A stretch of 64,000 bases of DNA from Sedimentisphaerales bacterium (GTDB lineage: Bacteria; Planctomycetota; Phycisphaerae; Sedimentisphaerales; SM23-30), in the NCBI GenBank assembly GCA_963666285.1, contig OY762711.1, one strand, 5' to 3'. Of this stretch, positions 9,824 through 19,744 are shown piece by piece. Each line of letters opens with the position of its first letter. The first letter of the stretch is position 1. A program made the position numbers and the translations under genes. The notes under the pieces are model-generated. The model saw nothing but the letters and a program-made list of their open reading frames with translations, was not told the origin of the DNA and searched no databases.

Positions 9824-10603
9824 ATGAAACAATGGTACGAAGAATTGTTCGAAAACTTCGCAGGTAATTATGATAACGAGCATTTTACCCAGGGCACTCT
9901 GGGGGAATGTGATTTTATCGAAAGTGAGATCAACTCGGATAAAAGTGTCCGGATACTGGATATCGGCTGCGGGACAGGCAGGCACTCGATAGAGCTTGCC
10001 AGGCGTGGGTACGATGTGACAGGTATTGATCTTTCAGAGTGCCAGATATCGAAAGCTCGTGAAAAGGCGAAGTTGGCAGGTGTATCAGTAGAGTTTCTGA
10101 CGGCGGACGCCCGGGAGCTGAACTATGCCGGTGAATTTGGACTGGCGATTATGCTTTGTGAGGGTGGTTTCAGCCTGATGGAGACTGACGAGATGAACTA
10201 TGCTATTTTGCAGGGTGCGGCCAGTTCGCTTCTGCCCGGTGGTAAGTTTATCTTTACCTGTCTCAACGGATTGTTTCCCCTGTTTCATTCGGTTAAAGAG
10301 TTTATGGATAAGTCAGCTGATGAGGCAAAAAAAGGCTCATCTAATGCCGGTTACAATATGCAGGATTTTGACCTGCTGACCTTTCGTCAGAAACAGAAGG
10401 TTAAGTTTTCTGATGACAGCGGCATCGAAAAAGAGCTGGACAGCAACGAGCGGTTTTATGTCCCTAGCGAAATTACCTGGCAGCTGAAGAGCCTGGGTAT
10501 GAGCGAGATAGACATATTTGGCTCGAAGCTCGGTGCGTATAGCCGCAATGATAAACTTCGGACCGATGATTATGAGATGCTGATTGTTTGTAAAAAACAA
10601 TAA
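9824..10603 (+). CDS. Class I SAM-dependent methyltransferase
   Basis: ILDIGCGTGRH motif I; GIDLS. Confidence 0.85.
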   Translation: MKQWYEELFENFAGNYDNEHFTQGTLGECDFIESEINSDKSVRILDIGCGTGRHSIELARRGYDVTGIDLSECQISKAREKAKLAGVSVEFLTADARELNYAGEFGLAIMLCEGGFSLMETDEMNYAILQGAASSLLPGGKFIFTCLNGLFPLFHSVKEFMDKSADEAKKGSSNAGYNMQDFDLLTFRQKQKVKFSDDSGIEKELDSNERFYVPSEITWQLKSLGMSEIDIFGSKLGAYSRNDKLRTDDYEMLIVCKKQ

Positions 10604-10647
10604 GCTGATATTTGACTTGTTCGCTTTTCAGTGAACTTTACAAAACT

Positions 10648-10690
10648 AAAAAGACCGGGTTAGAGATTTCTATCCCGGTCTTATTCTTTT
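10648..10690. terminator. Bidirectional terminator between convergent genes
   Basis: AAGACCGGG..CCCGGTCTT with A/T runs on both sides. Confidence 0.75.
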
Positions 10691-11148
10691 TACAGAAATT
10701 CTTTTCTATTTTTCTTTATATATTCAATTATAAGTTCAGTTAAATCGTCTTCATAATCATAAAACTTATTATCAAGCTGTTCCCACGAATCGCTTGTTTT
10801 GTCTTCTATAGAGTCCATGATTTCTTGGCGTTTATTTCTGTCTTCAGGGATAATTCCATCAGGAAATATAGCCATTGCTGATTTCAGCAGATCGGCTGTT
10901 TTATCAGCTCCAATAGCACGCAGCCCATCTAATGTTATCTGGGTGCGATCGCCAGAGGAATTCCAGAAAAACTGGTCAAATCCTCCATTGTTAAGTTCTT
11001 GATCAAAGATAAAAACACAAGCAATGTAGGTTTCTTTTTGTGTTAATTTCTGGCCGGAATCTTGCCTGGTTTCAAGGATATGGTCAGAAATCATTATGGC
11101 TGCATCATCTTTATCATCTAATTTTATTGCTTCATCTATCACACTCAT
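10690..11148 (-). CDS. DMP19/DUF4375 family acidic protein
   Basis: Signature ELNNGGFDQFFWNSSG; acidic helical C-terminus LDNKFYDY. Confidence 0.75.
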   Translation of the reverse strand: MSVIDEAIKLDDKDDAAIMISDHILETRQDSGQKLTQKETYIACVFIFDQELNNGGFDQFFWNSSGDRTQITLDGLRAIGADKTADLLKSAMAIFPDGIIPEDRNKRQEIMDSIEDKTSDSWEQLDNKFYDYEDDLTELIIEYIKKNRKEFL

Positions 11149-11178
11149 GAATCACCTCGTTTTTGTATAAAGTTACTG

Positions 11179-12570
11179 TTATAATTTCGCAAAATCTGAA
11201 CCGGTTGGGTTTTGGAATACGCGCAGTTCGAATTCGGGGATGACGGCGAGGATATGGTCGAAGATATCGGCCTGGATGCCTTCGTAGTTGGTCCAGCGTT
11301 TATCGCGGCAGAAGATATATATTTCTATCGGCAGCCCCGTTTCAGTAGGCTGGAGATGTCGCACCAGGAAGGTCAGATCGGTATTGATCATAGGGTGGTT
11401 ATGCAGGTACCCTTCAAGGTAAGCCCGGAACGTACCGAGGTTGGTCATGCGTCTGCCGTTGACCATCTCGCTGCTGTCGATATTATTCTTTTCATTATAA
11501 TCTCGCAATTCGTTCTGCTTATCTTCGATATACTTTGTGATATTATGAAATCGTTTAAATTTTTCGATCATCCCATCGTCACAGAATTTTACGCTGGACA
11601 TATCTATATTAATCGAGCGTTTGATACGTCGTCCGGCTGATTCGCTCATGCCACGCCAGTTTTTGAACGAGTCGGTTACCATCGAATAAGTTGGTATCGT
11701 AGTTATGGTCTTGTCAAAGTTCTGAACCTTTAGAGTAGTAAGTGAAATATCGATGACATCGCCGTCTGCTCCGTATCTGGGCATCTCTATCCAATCGCCG
11801 ACCCGGATCATCTTATTAGTCGAAAGCTGTATGCCGGCGACGAGTCCGAGAATGGAATCCTTGAATATCAAAAGCAGGATAGCGGTCATAGCACCGAGGC
11901 CGGTTAGGAAATAACCCGGTTTTTTGCCCATAATGACCGACAGGGTAAAGATAATTGCGATAGCCCAGAGGATAATCTTGGCAACCTGGATGAATCCCTT
12001 TATCGGCATATTTTGTGATACATCCAGTTTGTTGTATAGGGTGTTGGCACTGTTTAGAAAAGCCGAAGCAGCAAAAAGTATGGCAAAGATCAGGTAGATA
12101 AGCGAAATACTGGAGACAAAAAGGGTCAGCTGTGCCAGTATTTCTGATGCTTGTACCGGGGCCGATGAAAAGATTTCACCAACCGGGGTATTGGCAATAT
12201 CGTTAGCCACTTTATCAGCCAGATCGGTAAGCCCACCGCTTTTTGATAGTTCCTTGGCGGCCTCGGCTGTCGCAGTGCTATCAGTCGGCTGGCTGTACAA
12301 CAGGTCGGTCCATGAGGTGATTTTTACGGATACCCGCTGGGCAAAAACCTCGGTAAATTTATAGAGTGCCAGTGCAGGTACCGCATGAGCCAGCCTGATA
12401 AATACCTTGTTCTCGGCAAGAATATCGTCCCAATCGAACCGTGTTTTTTTGATTATCTTATGTACTATGGGTACTAGTAGTCGCCGGGCTATCAGCCACG
12501 TCACAAACCAGACAGCAAATGCGACCGCGATAAATATGCCTATATTGGTAATTTCAGTTTTGAAATCCAT
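11179..12570 (-). CDS. ybdG: MscS-family mechanosensitive channel, YbdG/MscM type
   Basis: KDSILGLVAGIQL, GDWIEMP, GADGDV, NWRGM, GRRIKRS, TNLGTFRAY, FQNPTGSD. Confidence 0.85.
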   Translation of the reverse strand: MDFKTEITNIGIFIAVAFAVWFVTWLIARRLLVPIVHKIIKKTRFDWDDILAENKVFIRLAHAVPALALYKFTEVFAQRVSVKITSWTDLLYSQPTDSTATAEAAKELSKSGGLTDLADKVANDIANTPVGEIFSSAPVQASEILAQLTLFVSSISLIYLIFAILFAASAFLNSANTLYNKLDVSQNMPIKGFIQVAKIILWAIAIIFTLSVIMGKKPGYFLTGLGAMTAILLLIFKDSILGLVAGIQLSTNKMIRVGDWIEMPRYGADGDVIDISLTTLKVQNFDKTITTIPTYSMVTDSFKNWRGMSESAGRRIKRSINIDMSSVKFCDDGMIEKFKRFHNITKYIEDKQNELRDYNEKNNIDSSEMVNGRRMTNLGTFRAYLEGYLHNHPMINTDLTFLVRHLQPTETGLPIEIYIFCRDKRWTNYEGIQADIFDHILAVIPEFELRVFQNPTGSDFAKL

Positions 12571-12860
12571 TGAATAGCTCCGTCATTAAAGGTATTGGAT
12601 ATCAGGTTTTAGGAAAGATAACGGCCTCGCGTAACAGTTATAATGAGTTTCGCAGGCATTACCTTAAACCGTGATTTTTGCCACAAACTAGTTATTATAT
12701 AATCCAGAACTATAAGTATATGGAAATAATGAGCGATTGCAAGCAGGGGCAATAGAACGATGGAGTTTGAATGATCCGGCATGTGTAGAAATGGCAAGTG
12801 TATTGTGTAAAATGTTGTTGTTAAATTAGTTACGGTTTTTCAGGGTTGATTTTGAGTTTT

Positions 12861-12886
12861 TGAACCTGAATTATGAGTTGGCGTAT
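12861..12886 (+). promoter_or_regulatory. ECF-sigma-type promoter upstream of htpX
   Basis: TGAAC-N16-CGTAT (AAC..CGT ECF consensus). Confidence 0.45.
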
Positions 12887-12999
12887 ATAATATGTATGGA
12901 GAATAATATAAATAGCCGATAATTATTAGTGGCTATATTGGAAAACTTTAGTTAAATAACTGTTAAGTATAGATTTAGATAGGATATGAGGTGTAGAAT

Positions 13000-13845
13000 A
13001 TGAAGTTTTTGAATAATGTTAAAACAGCAATGTTGATGGCGGCATTGATGATGTTGTTTGTTTTTATAGGCGGCAGGTTTTTCGGCCAGCATGGCATGAT
13101 ATTCGCGCTGCTGCTGAGCGGCGGGATGAACTTTTTCGGATATTTCTATAGCGATAAGATAGCTTTGAAAATGATGCGATGTCAGCCCGCGGACGATCCG
13201 GATAATGCTAATTATAATTCTCAACTTGTTAGTACTGTAGAAGAGCTGGCTGCTCGTGCAGACCTGCCGATGCCCAGGGTTTATGTCTGTCCGCAGGATG
13301 CCCCGAACGCATTTGCGACCGGTCGGGACCCGAACCATGCCGCGGTGGCGGTAACAGCCGGCATAATGAGAATGCTTAACCATGATGAGCTGCGAGGTGT
13401 GCTGGCACATGAACTGACCCATATCAAAAATCGCGATACGCTGATAAGTACTATTGCCGCGACGATTGCCGGTGTGATATCTTCGATCGGGTATATGCTC
13501 TGGTTCCTACCGATCGGCGGCGATGATGACGACAATCCGCTGGCATCATTAGCCTTGATTATCCTGGCACCGATTGCCGCCGGTTTGATCCAGATGGCGA
13601 TCAGCCGTCGTCGTGAATTTATGGCTGACGCCGGCGGGGCAGAGATTACCGGCAGTCCGCACGGATTGGCCAGCGCCTTGCAGAAACTGGAATCGGCCAG
13701 CAGACGCATCCCGATGAAAGTGTCGAACAGTCATGAGAATATGTTTATCGTACAGCCGTTTAACGGCGAAGCAGCAATGAATCTGTTCCGGACACACCCC
13801 ACTACAGAAGACAGGGTGAAAGCGCTAATGGCATTAGGGTATTAA
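13000..13845 (+). CDS. htpX: Membrane zinc metalloprotease HtpX (M48)
   Basis: PNAFATGR, HELTH, SRRREFMAD, THP motifs. Confidence 0.9.
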   Translation: MKFLNNVKTAMLMAALMMLFVFIGGRFFGQHGMIFALLLSGGMNFFGYFYSDKIALKMMRCQPADDPDNANYNSQLVSTVEELAARADLPMPRVYVCPQDAPNAFATGRDPNHAAVAVTAGIMRMLNHDELRGVLAHELTHIKNRDTLISTIAATIAGVISSIGYMLWFLPIGGDDDDNPLASLALIILAPIAAGLIQMAISRRREFMADAGGAEITGSPHGLASALQKLESASRRIPMKVSNSHENMFIVQPFNGEAAMNLFRTHPTTEDRVKALMALGY

Positions 13846-13881
13846 TGTAAGCGAAGAACAAAAAACTGATTTATTATGAGT

Positions 13882-13911
13882 AGGCCCGTTAACAGCGGGC
13901 TTATTTTTTTT
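13882..13911 (+). terminator. Intrinsic terminator
   Basis: AGGCCCGTT..AGCGGGCTT followed by a T-run. Confidence 0.75.
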
Positions 13912-14040
13912 ATGAGCTGATATCGGGATTATAGTATAATATAGGACAACGGTTTTTTGGTTACACTGGGATGCAGGGAAAGTTTTAAAAGATTTTTCCG
14001 ATAAATTTGGTTACTATATTTTAGAAGAAGGATATCTGGT

Positions 14041-15075
14041 ATGAGTGATGAAAAAGCAAAGCAAGGAGATTTTGACGGTTCTGAAACAATAGCTGTTGAT
14101 GGTTGTATTATAAAAGCATGTATTTTTATGGTGCTGTTCTTGTCATTACCGTTGATACTAGCAGGAGGAAGCAGTCCAAATGGTATTTATTTTGGTTCTT
14201 CTCCGTACAATAATTTGAAAAGAGTGTATGAAAGTCTCCAGATATATGCCCGGGAAAATAAAGGAGAATATCCTGTGGATAACTGGTTTGTTACACTTTG
14301 TCCAAGCGGTGATTTTGAAGAGTATAATTTATCAAAGTATAATGGTGTAGTTTTAAATCTACATGCGTTAGAGTTAGGGGAAGATTCGCCTGATGATATG
14401 GTGTTGGGTTTTGGCAGCAGAGATGAAGACTGGGGTAAGGCTGGAGTGTATGATTCGAATAAGTTTGGTGAAAGAAGATACTATATGCATTGTCTTTTTT
14501 CTGATGGTATAATACGTAGAGTTAGTAATTCCCATATAAGATATTTACGGTGGACCAAGGATGGTTTTGATCGCCCGAAATTGGATACTGCCGGCCTTTA
14601 TACTGTTTTTGGTGAAATTGGTTTAGTTACACTAGCGACAGTGGTATTATGCTTCAGGTATTTCCTGAAGAGCTTTCATGTAGTTGTCCTGGTTGTGGCG
14701 TTGGCATATATTCCAAGCTTTTTATTCGGCTCACATGGAGCAAGGTTGTATTTGCCGTTGCTGGATTATACCTATCATGATTCCTTTAGATGTATTTATT
14801 GGTTGGGGCCTGTAGCTGCGGTAGGGTATGTGCCGCTTATGAAATGGTTAAGAGCGAGGTATCGGTATTTCAATGATACATCCCCTGTGGTTTTTTGTGG
14901 AATTATTACCGGTCTGATATGTGCTGTTTTAACTCATGTTATTTTGCGATATTTGTATATGGAGGAATCGATTAATCCTATGCTCGGCGGCATACCGTTT
15001 GGTTTATGGTCCGGTGCTGTTCTCGGTTGGATAACCAGCGTTTTGATGGGCAAAAATACAAAAGATCAAACCTGA
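14041..15075 (+). CDS. Hypothetical membrane protein (pilin/DUF1559-like soluble domain plus C-terminal TM helices)
   Basis: N-terminal TM, then NLKRVYESLQIYARENKGEYP and HCLFSDG; about five hydrophobic segments at the C-terminus. Confidence 0.55.
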   Translation: MSDEKAKQGDFDGSETIAVDGCIIKACIFMVLFLSLPLILAGGSSPNGIYFGSSPYNNLKRVYESLQIYARENKGEYPVDNWFVTLCPSGDFEEYNLSKYNGVVLNLHALELGEDSPDDMVLGFGSRDEDWGKAGVYDSNKFGERRYYMHCLFSDGIIRRVSNSHIRYLRWTKDGFDRPKLDTAGLYTVFGEIGLVTLATVVLCFRYFLKSFHVVVLVVALAYIPSFLFGSHGARLYLPLLDYTYHDSFRCIYWLGPVAAVGYVPLMKWLRARYRYFNDTSPVVFCGIITGLICAVLTHVILRYLYMEESINPMLGGIPFGLWSGAVLGWITSVLMGKNTKDQT

Positions 15076-15268
15076 CTTAAGGCAGAGTTTTTGAGGTGAA
15101 ATATTAAGGCGCCCTCTGGAAATTCATTTTGAGCGACTAGTTTTTCTTTTGCCTGCTGACATGCGTCACATAAAACAGTGAATATAGCCCAATATGCACG
15201 ATTTTATGTTCCTTGACAGTAACCAAAATCTTAAACCATTGCATCAAAAGCAATTTCCAGAGGTCTCC

Positions 15269-17236
15269 TTAATTTAGAGTTGTTTCGCGTGCGACCCGTT
15301 TCGGGATGGAAATTGTAAAGGTAGTGCCCTGGTTGACAGTTGAGGTCAGTTCGATGTTGCCCTTGTGTTTGTTGACGATGATATCGTATGCGATGGTCAG
15401 TCCCTGGCCGGTGCCCTGTCCGACATCCTTGGAGGTATAGAACGGGTCGAAGATTCGTTCGATTTTGTCTTGCGGTATGCCGCATCCGGTATCAGAAATT
15501 TCGATAATAGCATTGTCACCTGAGTTGTAAGTTCTTATTGTTATCAAACCCATATTGTCCTGGCTGCCGCTATTACGCTCTTTAATTGCGTGCGCTGCAT
15601 TGACAATCATATTGAGAATTACCTGGCAGATAGAGTTCGACACCGCCTCGGCAAAAACTCCTTCAGACTGAAATTCAGTATGCAGTTCTGCGATATGTTT
15701 CCATTCATTCTTACTAAGTTCGATAGCGTTATTGATGATGCGGTTGAGTTCGACCTGCCCTAAATTATCTACGGACGGATGAGAGAAGTCTTTCATTGCA
15801 GAAATAATCTTGCTGACATGGTTTACCCCTGAGAGTGTATCAGAAATTGCATCAGGTACCATATCGATCATTTTTCTGGCTTTATCAATCGCCTGACCAT
15901 TTTGTGAAACACTGATATTGGCAGAAGATATGTCTTGTGCCATGTGATCAATTGCATCCTTGATAGAGTTAAAGGCATTAGACAGAAACGTCACATTGTC
16001 ATTTATATACTGGATAGGGGTATTGATCTCGTGTGCTATCCCGGCTGCCAGCGATCCAATAGATTCCATCTGGTGGGCATGGGCGAGTCGTCTTTCCATT
16101 TCCTTCCGTTCGGTAATATCAGTTTGTGATACTATAACGCCGATAACCTTACTGTCCTGATTTTTCACAGGAATAGCGATCATGGCATCAACTTTGCCGT
16201 TACGTACTATTTCAGAAGTGCATTTTTCTCCTTTTGCCAACGCTTCCTTTGCCACGCAATTTTGGCAGGGTTCGTCAAGTTTATACCATTCCTTATAACA
16301 AGTGAAACCTGATACTTTTTCTGTTGTGCAGTTGTCAGGCGGGCGGTTAGCCCAGACAACTTCAAGTTCCGGTGTGAGAAAAGCAATTTGTTCTGAGAGT
16401 TTATCAAGTATCTCGTCCCGTTTCCGGGCATGCTGGAGCATCTGGTCTTTTTCCTTTTGCAAGGTTATGTCCTGGTCAATGCCAAGATATTCAACTGGAT
16501 ATCCATCTTTGTCAAACTCAACAGTTTCGCCACATGAATGAACCCATCGCCAGGTACTATCGCCGGCTTTGAGTCTGACCTCACGGTTATAACAGCTGTA
16601 AGCCGAACCGTCCAGGCTTTGTTTCCTGAAAGTTTCCAGCTGTTTGCGGTCGTCCGGGTGGAACAGGTTTTCGTAGAAAGCGATATCTACTATAGTCTTG
16701 TCTTTATCATAATTGAAAATATTGAACCATTGGTCACTTAGCTGAATTTCACCTGAGTGATAGTTTATTCTTACTACACCAACTTTTGCCATTTGTGAGG
16801 CAAGCTGCAGCTCGGTATTTCTTTTGAAGAGTTCCTTTTTGAGCAGAAACATTTTCAGTACATCAAAAACAACAGAATTTAGCTCTTCGTTGTTCCATGG
16901 CTTTGCGATGAAACGGTCCAGTCGTCCGGTATTAACGGTTTTTGCGATGACTTCCATATCGTTTATGCCGGAAAGGAGTGCCATTGAGGTCATCGGCAGT
17001 TTTTGGCTGAGTATCCCGATGAGTTCATCACCTTTCATTGCAGGCATGGCATAGTCGGTGATAACCAGTGCGATATCCTGTTTCTTTTCAAGCAGTTCAT
17101 TAACCAGTTCAATAGCTTCAGGTCCGCTTTCAGCCATCTCTATATTGCACATACCCCTAAAAGCAGAATAAAGGTTTTCTTCCAGGCTTTGGAGGACGAT
17201 CATGTCGTCATCTACACATATAATAGTTGGTTTCAT
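15269..17236 (-). CDS. Hybrid sensor kinase REC-PAS-PAS-HisKA-HATPase
   Basis: CVDDD/TDYAMP receiver; HEINTPIQ H-box; DTGCG and GTGQGL G-boxes. Confidence 0.9.
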   Translation of the reverse strand: MKPTIICVDDDMIVLQSLEENLYSAFRGMCNIEMAESGPEAIELVNELLEKKQDIALVITDYAMPAMKGDELIGILSQKLPMTSMALLSGINDMEVIAKTVNTGRLDRFIAKPWNNEELNSVVFDVLKMFLLKKELFKRNTELQLASQMAKVGVVRINYHSGEIQLSDQWFNIFNYDKDKTIVDIAFYENLFHPDDRKQLETFRKQSLDGSAYSCYNREVRLKAGDSTWRWVHSCGETVEFDKDGYPVEYLGIDQDITLQKEKDQMLQHARKRDEILDKLSEQIAFLTPELEVVWANRPPDNCTTEKVSGFTCYKEWYKLDEPCQNCVAKEALAKGEKCTSEIVRNGKVDAMIAIPVKNQDSKVIGVIVSQTDITERKEMERRLAHAHQMESIGSLAAGIAHEINTPIQYINDNVTFLSNAFNSIKDAIDHMAQDISSANISVSQNGQAIDKARKMIDMVPDAISDTLSGVNHVSKIISAMKDFSHPSVDNLGQVELNRIINNAIELSKNEWKHIAELHTEFQSEGVFAEAVSNSICQVILNMIVNAAHAIKERNSGSQDNMGLITIRTYNSGDNAIIEISDTGCGIPQDKIERIFDPFYTSKDVGQGTGQGLTIAYDIIVNKHKGNIELTSTVNQGTTFTISIPKRVARETTLN

Positions 17237-17242
17237 GATATA

Positions 17243-18379
17243 TTAATTTGTAATTTCCTGTTCTTTGTCTAATTGCATTGGGCATCTGACTTTTATCGGT
17301 TCTTTTATGTGGTTCGCAAAGTTCTTTAAGCGGTCTAATGACATCCTGTTAAGCTCTATTCCTTCAGCCATCAATAGCAATCCGCTATGAGATATAAGCG
17401 GTTCTTCCAAAATCATTGAAGGTTCCAGGTCTTTCAATCTCAGGCAGGTTACAAATGTGTCGTTGCTGGAAATAGTATAATCACGAAATGCCATAAGCAT
17501 CTTTTTGTTGTATATCCCCTGGTCCTTACAGAGGATGTCATACATGATCTGGTTTAGATTATCTTTGAAGTAGTTTGCGTTCATAAAACCGGCAACTTTT
17601 AACATTTGTGCGCCGGTTGCTATGATAGCAGGTTCCTGGCCGGTATAAAGTTTGTAGTCTCTATGCTGCATGCCGATAATCTTAGCTACACTAGTCAATA
17701 GCGGGATACTTTCGAGAATACTTTGGCCAAGTTCATGATGTCGCCAGTACATTTCTTCCATTCCGATGTTCTGTTTGATTTCTCTGATGGAATTTATTAT
17801 GACATCCTGTTCGATAGCAACACAGCCAATATGGCTAAGCAGTGCGGCACTGTGATATTCCTGGTGATCTTCCAGGCTTAGCTTTTCGATAATCTCGGAT
17901 ATAAATTTGTCATATTGTACGCCGATATTGTAAGCGACCGGGTTAACTTGTGCGATAAGCCCGTGAATAGTCTGAACGATTTCGTATGGAGATTTCTCCA
18001 GGATTATGTGCTGTTTCCGTATAGTCTGTTTTTGTATCAGGTATTTAATAATATAGTGTTTGACTTCTTTGATAGAAACAGGTGCCTGGAAGAATTGTAC
18101 GTCTAATGAACGGAATTGGGCAAGTGAAATTTGTGTCATCTTTTCTACAAAGACAACGATCTTGGCATCGGGCAGGATTTTCGACATCTTGCTTGCAAAG
18201 TTTTGATCGTTATTGACCAGGCTGTAGTCGGCTAATACAAAGTCAACAGAGCTGTAATCTATATGTCGGCTTTCCAGTGAGTTTGCAATGATTGTATTGC
18301 ATACTTCCTGGATGGCAATACTGCACTCCCTGAGGAATCCGGAGGAATTATATAGAAACAATACTGTTGATTTATTCAT
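17243..18379 (-). CDS. Degenerate receiver plus HD-like domain protein
   Basis: AALLSHIGC in place of HDIG; HHELG..IL..IP..VAKII..QH; start chosen at ATG 18379. Confidence 0.6.
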   Translation of the reverse strand: MNKSTVLFLYNSSGFLRECSIAIQEVCNTIIANSLESRHIDYSSVDFVLADYSLVNNDQNFASKMSKILPDAKIVVFVEKMTQISLAQFRSLDVQFFQAPVSIKEVKHYIIKYLIQKQTIRKQHIILEKSPYEIVQTIHGLIAQVNPVAYNIGVQYDKFISEIIEKLSLEDHQEYHSAALLSHIGCVAIEQDVIINSIREIKQNIGMEEMYWRHHELGQSILESIPLLTSVAKIIGMQHRDYKLYTGQEPAIIATGAQMLKVAGFMNANYFKDNLNQIMYDILCKDQGIYNKKMLMAFRDYTISSNDTFVTCLRLKDLEPSMILEEPLISHSGLLLMAEGIELNRMSLDRLKNFANHIKEPIKVRCPMQLDKEQEITN

Positions 18380-18467
18380 TTGTATAGCCTTTATATACAA
18401 GCTGTTTTGTCTTGTCTTGATCCAATAAATATTGAAAAGGCAGTTGTTACGATAATATAGACAGAAT

Positions 18468-19073
18468 CTATGTAGTTTGAGTCTTCTTGGTTAAAAAAGA
18501 GAATAAAAGTTCGCTTTTAGTGATATCTTCTTCCAAACCATCAAGGAATGCCCTGGTATCTTTGAATGCCGTATCCGTAATTTGAGGAATATGATCAATG
18601 TCATTTTCTACAGTGCCTTCTTCAATGTACTGGTGCAGCGCGTCTGCCTGTCTGGTGCAAATTGCCCTTAGTTTTGATATCTTTTCAAGAACTTCTTTAT
18701 AGATAAGCCCTTGCCGAATAGTTGTTACAATATCAACACCGTTACAAGGTTTGCACAGAAATCTGTAAACGTCTCCTTCTTTAATAGCTTTTCTGGCGGT
18801 GCCGGTGTCGGGGTTTCCGGTAAGCATAACTCTAAGTATGCGGGGGTGTTCCTGTCGGAGTTTGAGCAGAAATTCATTTCCGGTCATCATAGGCATTTTT
18901 TCGTCTGTAACAATGATATCGACCGGATGTTTGCTGACAATGTCGAGGGCCTTTAACGCAGAGTTAGCCGCAATAGTATTGTAATTGTACTGGTGCAGCA
19001 GTCTTTCCAGGGAATTTGTCACCATAGGCTCGTCGTCTACCAATAATATAGTCGCTTCCATCTTAATCTCCAT
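18468..19073 (-). CDS. Response regulator (receiver plus coiled-coil tail)
   Basis: LLVDDE, VTDEKMP, MLTG, FLCKP. Confidence 0.85.
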   Translation of the reverse strand: MEIKMEATILLVDDEPMVTNSLERLLHQYNYNTIAANSALKALDIVSKHPVDIIVTDEKMPMMTGNEFLLKLRQEHPRILRVMLTGNPDTGTARKAIKEGDVYRFLCKPCNGVDIVTTIRQGLIYKEVLEKISKLRAICTRQADALHQYIEEGTVENDIDHIPQITDTAFKDTRAFLDGLEEDITKSELLFSFLTKKTQTT

Positions 19074-19744
19074 GCGAACACCGGGTTCGATTAATGTGAT
19101 TATCTGACCAACAGTATAAGCCCTAATACTCAGGTCATATTTTTAGGATATAAGTTTGCATTATTGTATCGAAAGGAATGAGCAGGAACTTGGTTAGGAT
19201 TTTTTGAGGTGAATAGTATCATATTTTCTAATTGTTGATGTTGAAATAACTTACCTGATATATAGGCTGTTTTTTTACTTTTAGTGACAAATAAAGAAAA
19301 AAAATATTGAATACTTATGGGACTTCTATTTGATTATGAGTGTCATTTAATGTTTATTCTTTCATACAGTTTTTAAAATAAGAGATAAGATATTCATGTT
19401 TACACTATTGATCTTAATATACAATATATTTTAGTTCTAATTCTTTGTAAGGTTTGTGAGGTGTTAAGGCGTAAGTTCTTATTAATGATGGTTTTGTGTA
19501 GTACTTTGCTTGCTTGCTAAATAGTGTGTCAATATGCATTGAATGAATGTCTCAGGTAAAATTATTTAATATGTGAGGTGCTAAAGGTCGATGATATAGC
19601 AATGATATTATTGAAATCCGGATATAAAATATTGTTTATATTTATTGAATTTTCCGAGTCAGTAATATTGGCAGTGGTATTGTAGTTATTTTTCGTTCTA
19701 AAATTGCTATCTAGAGGCATTCTCTGATCATAAAAGTATTAAAA

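Noticed and set aside
14274..14282. Perfect DnaA box TGTGGATAA
   Set aside because: Single copy inside a CDS far from dnaA; expected by chance
19074..19744. 670-bp AT-rich divergent intergenic region
   Set aside because: No ORF, repeat or structure that I could support
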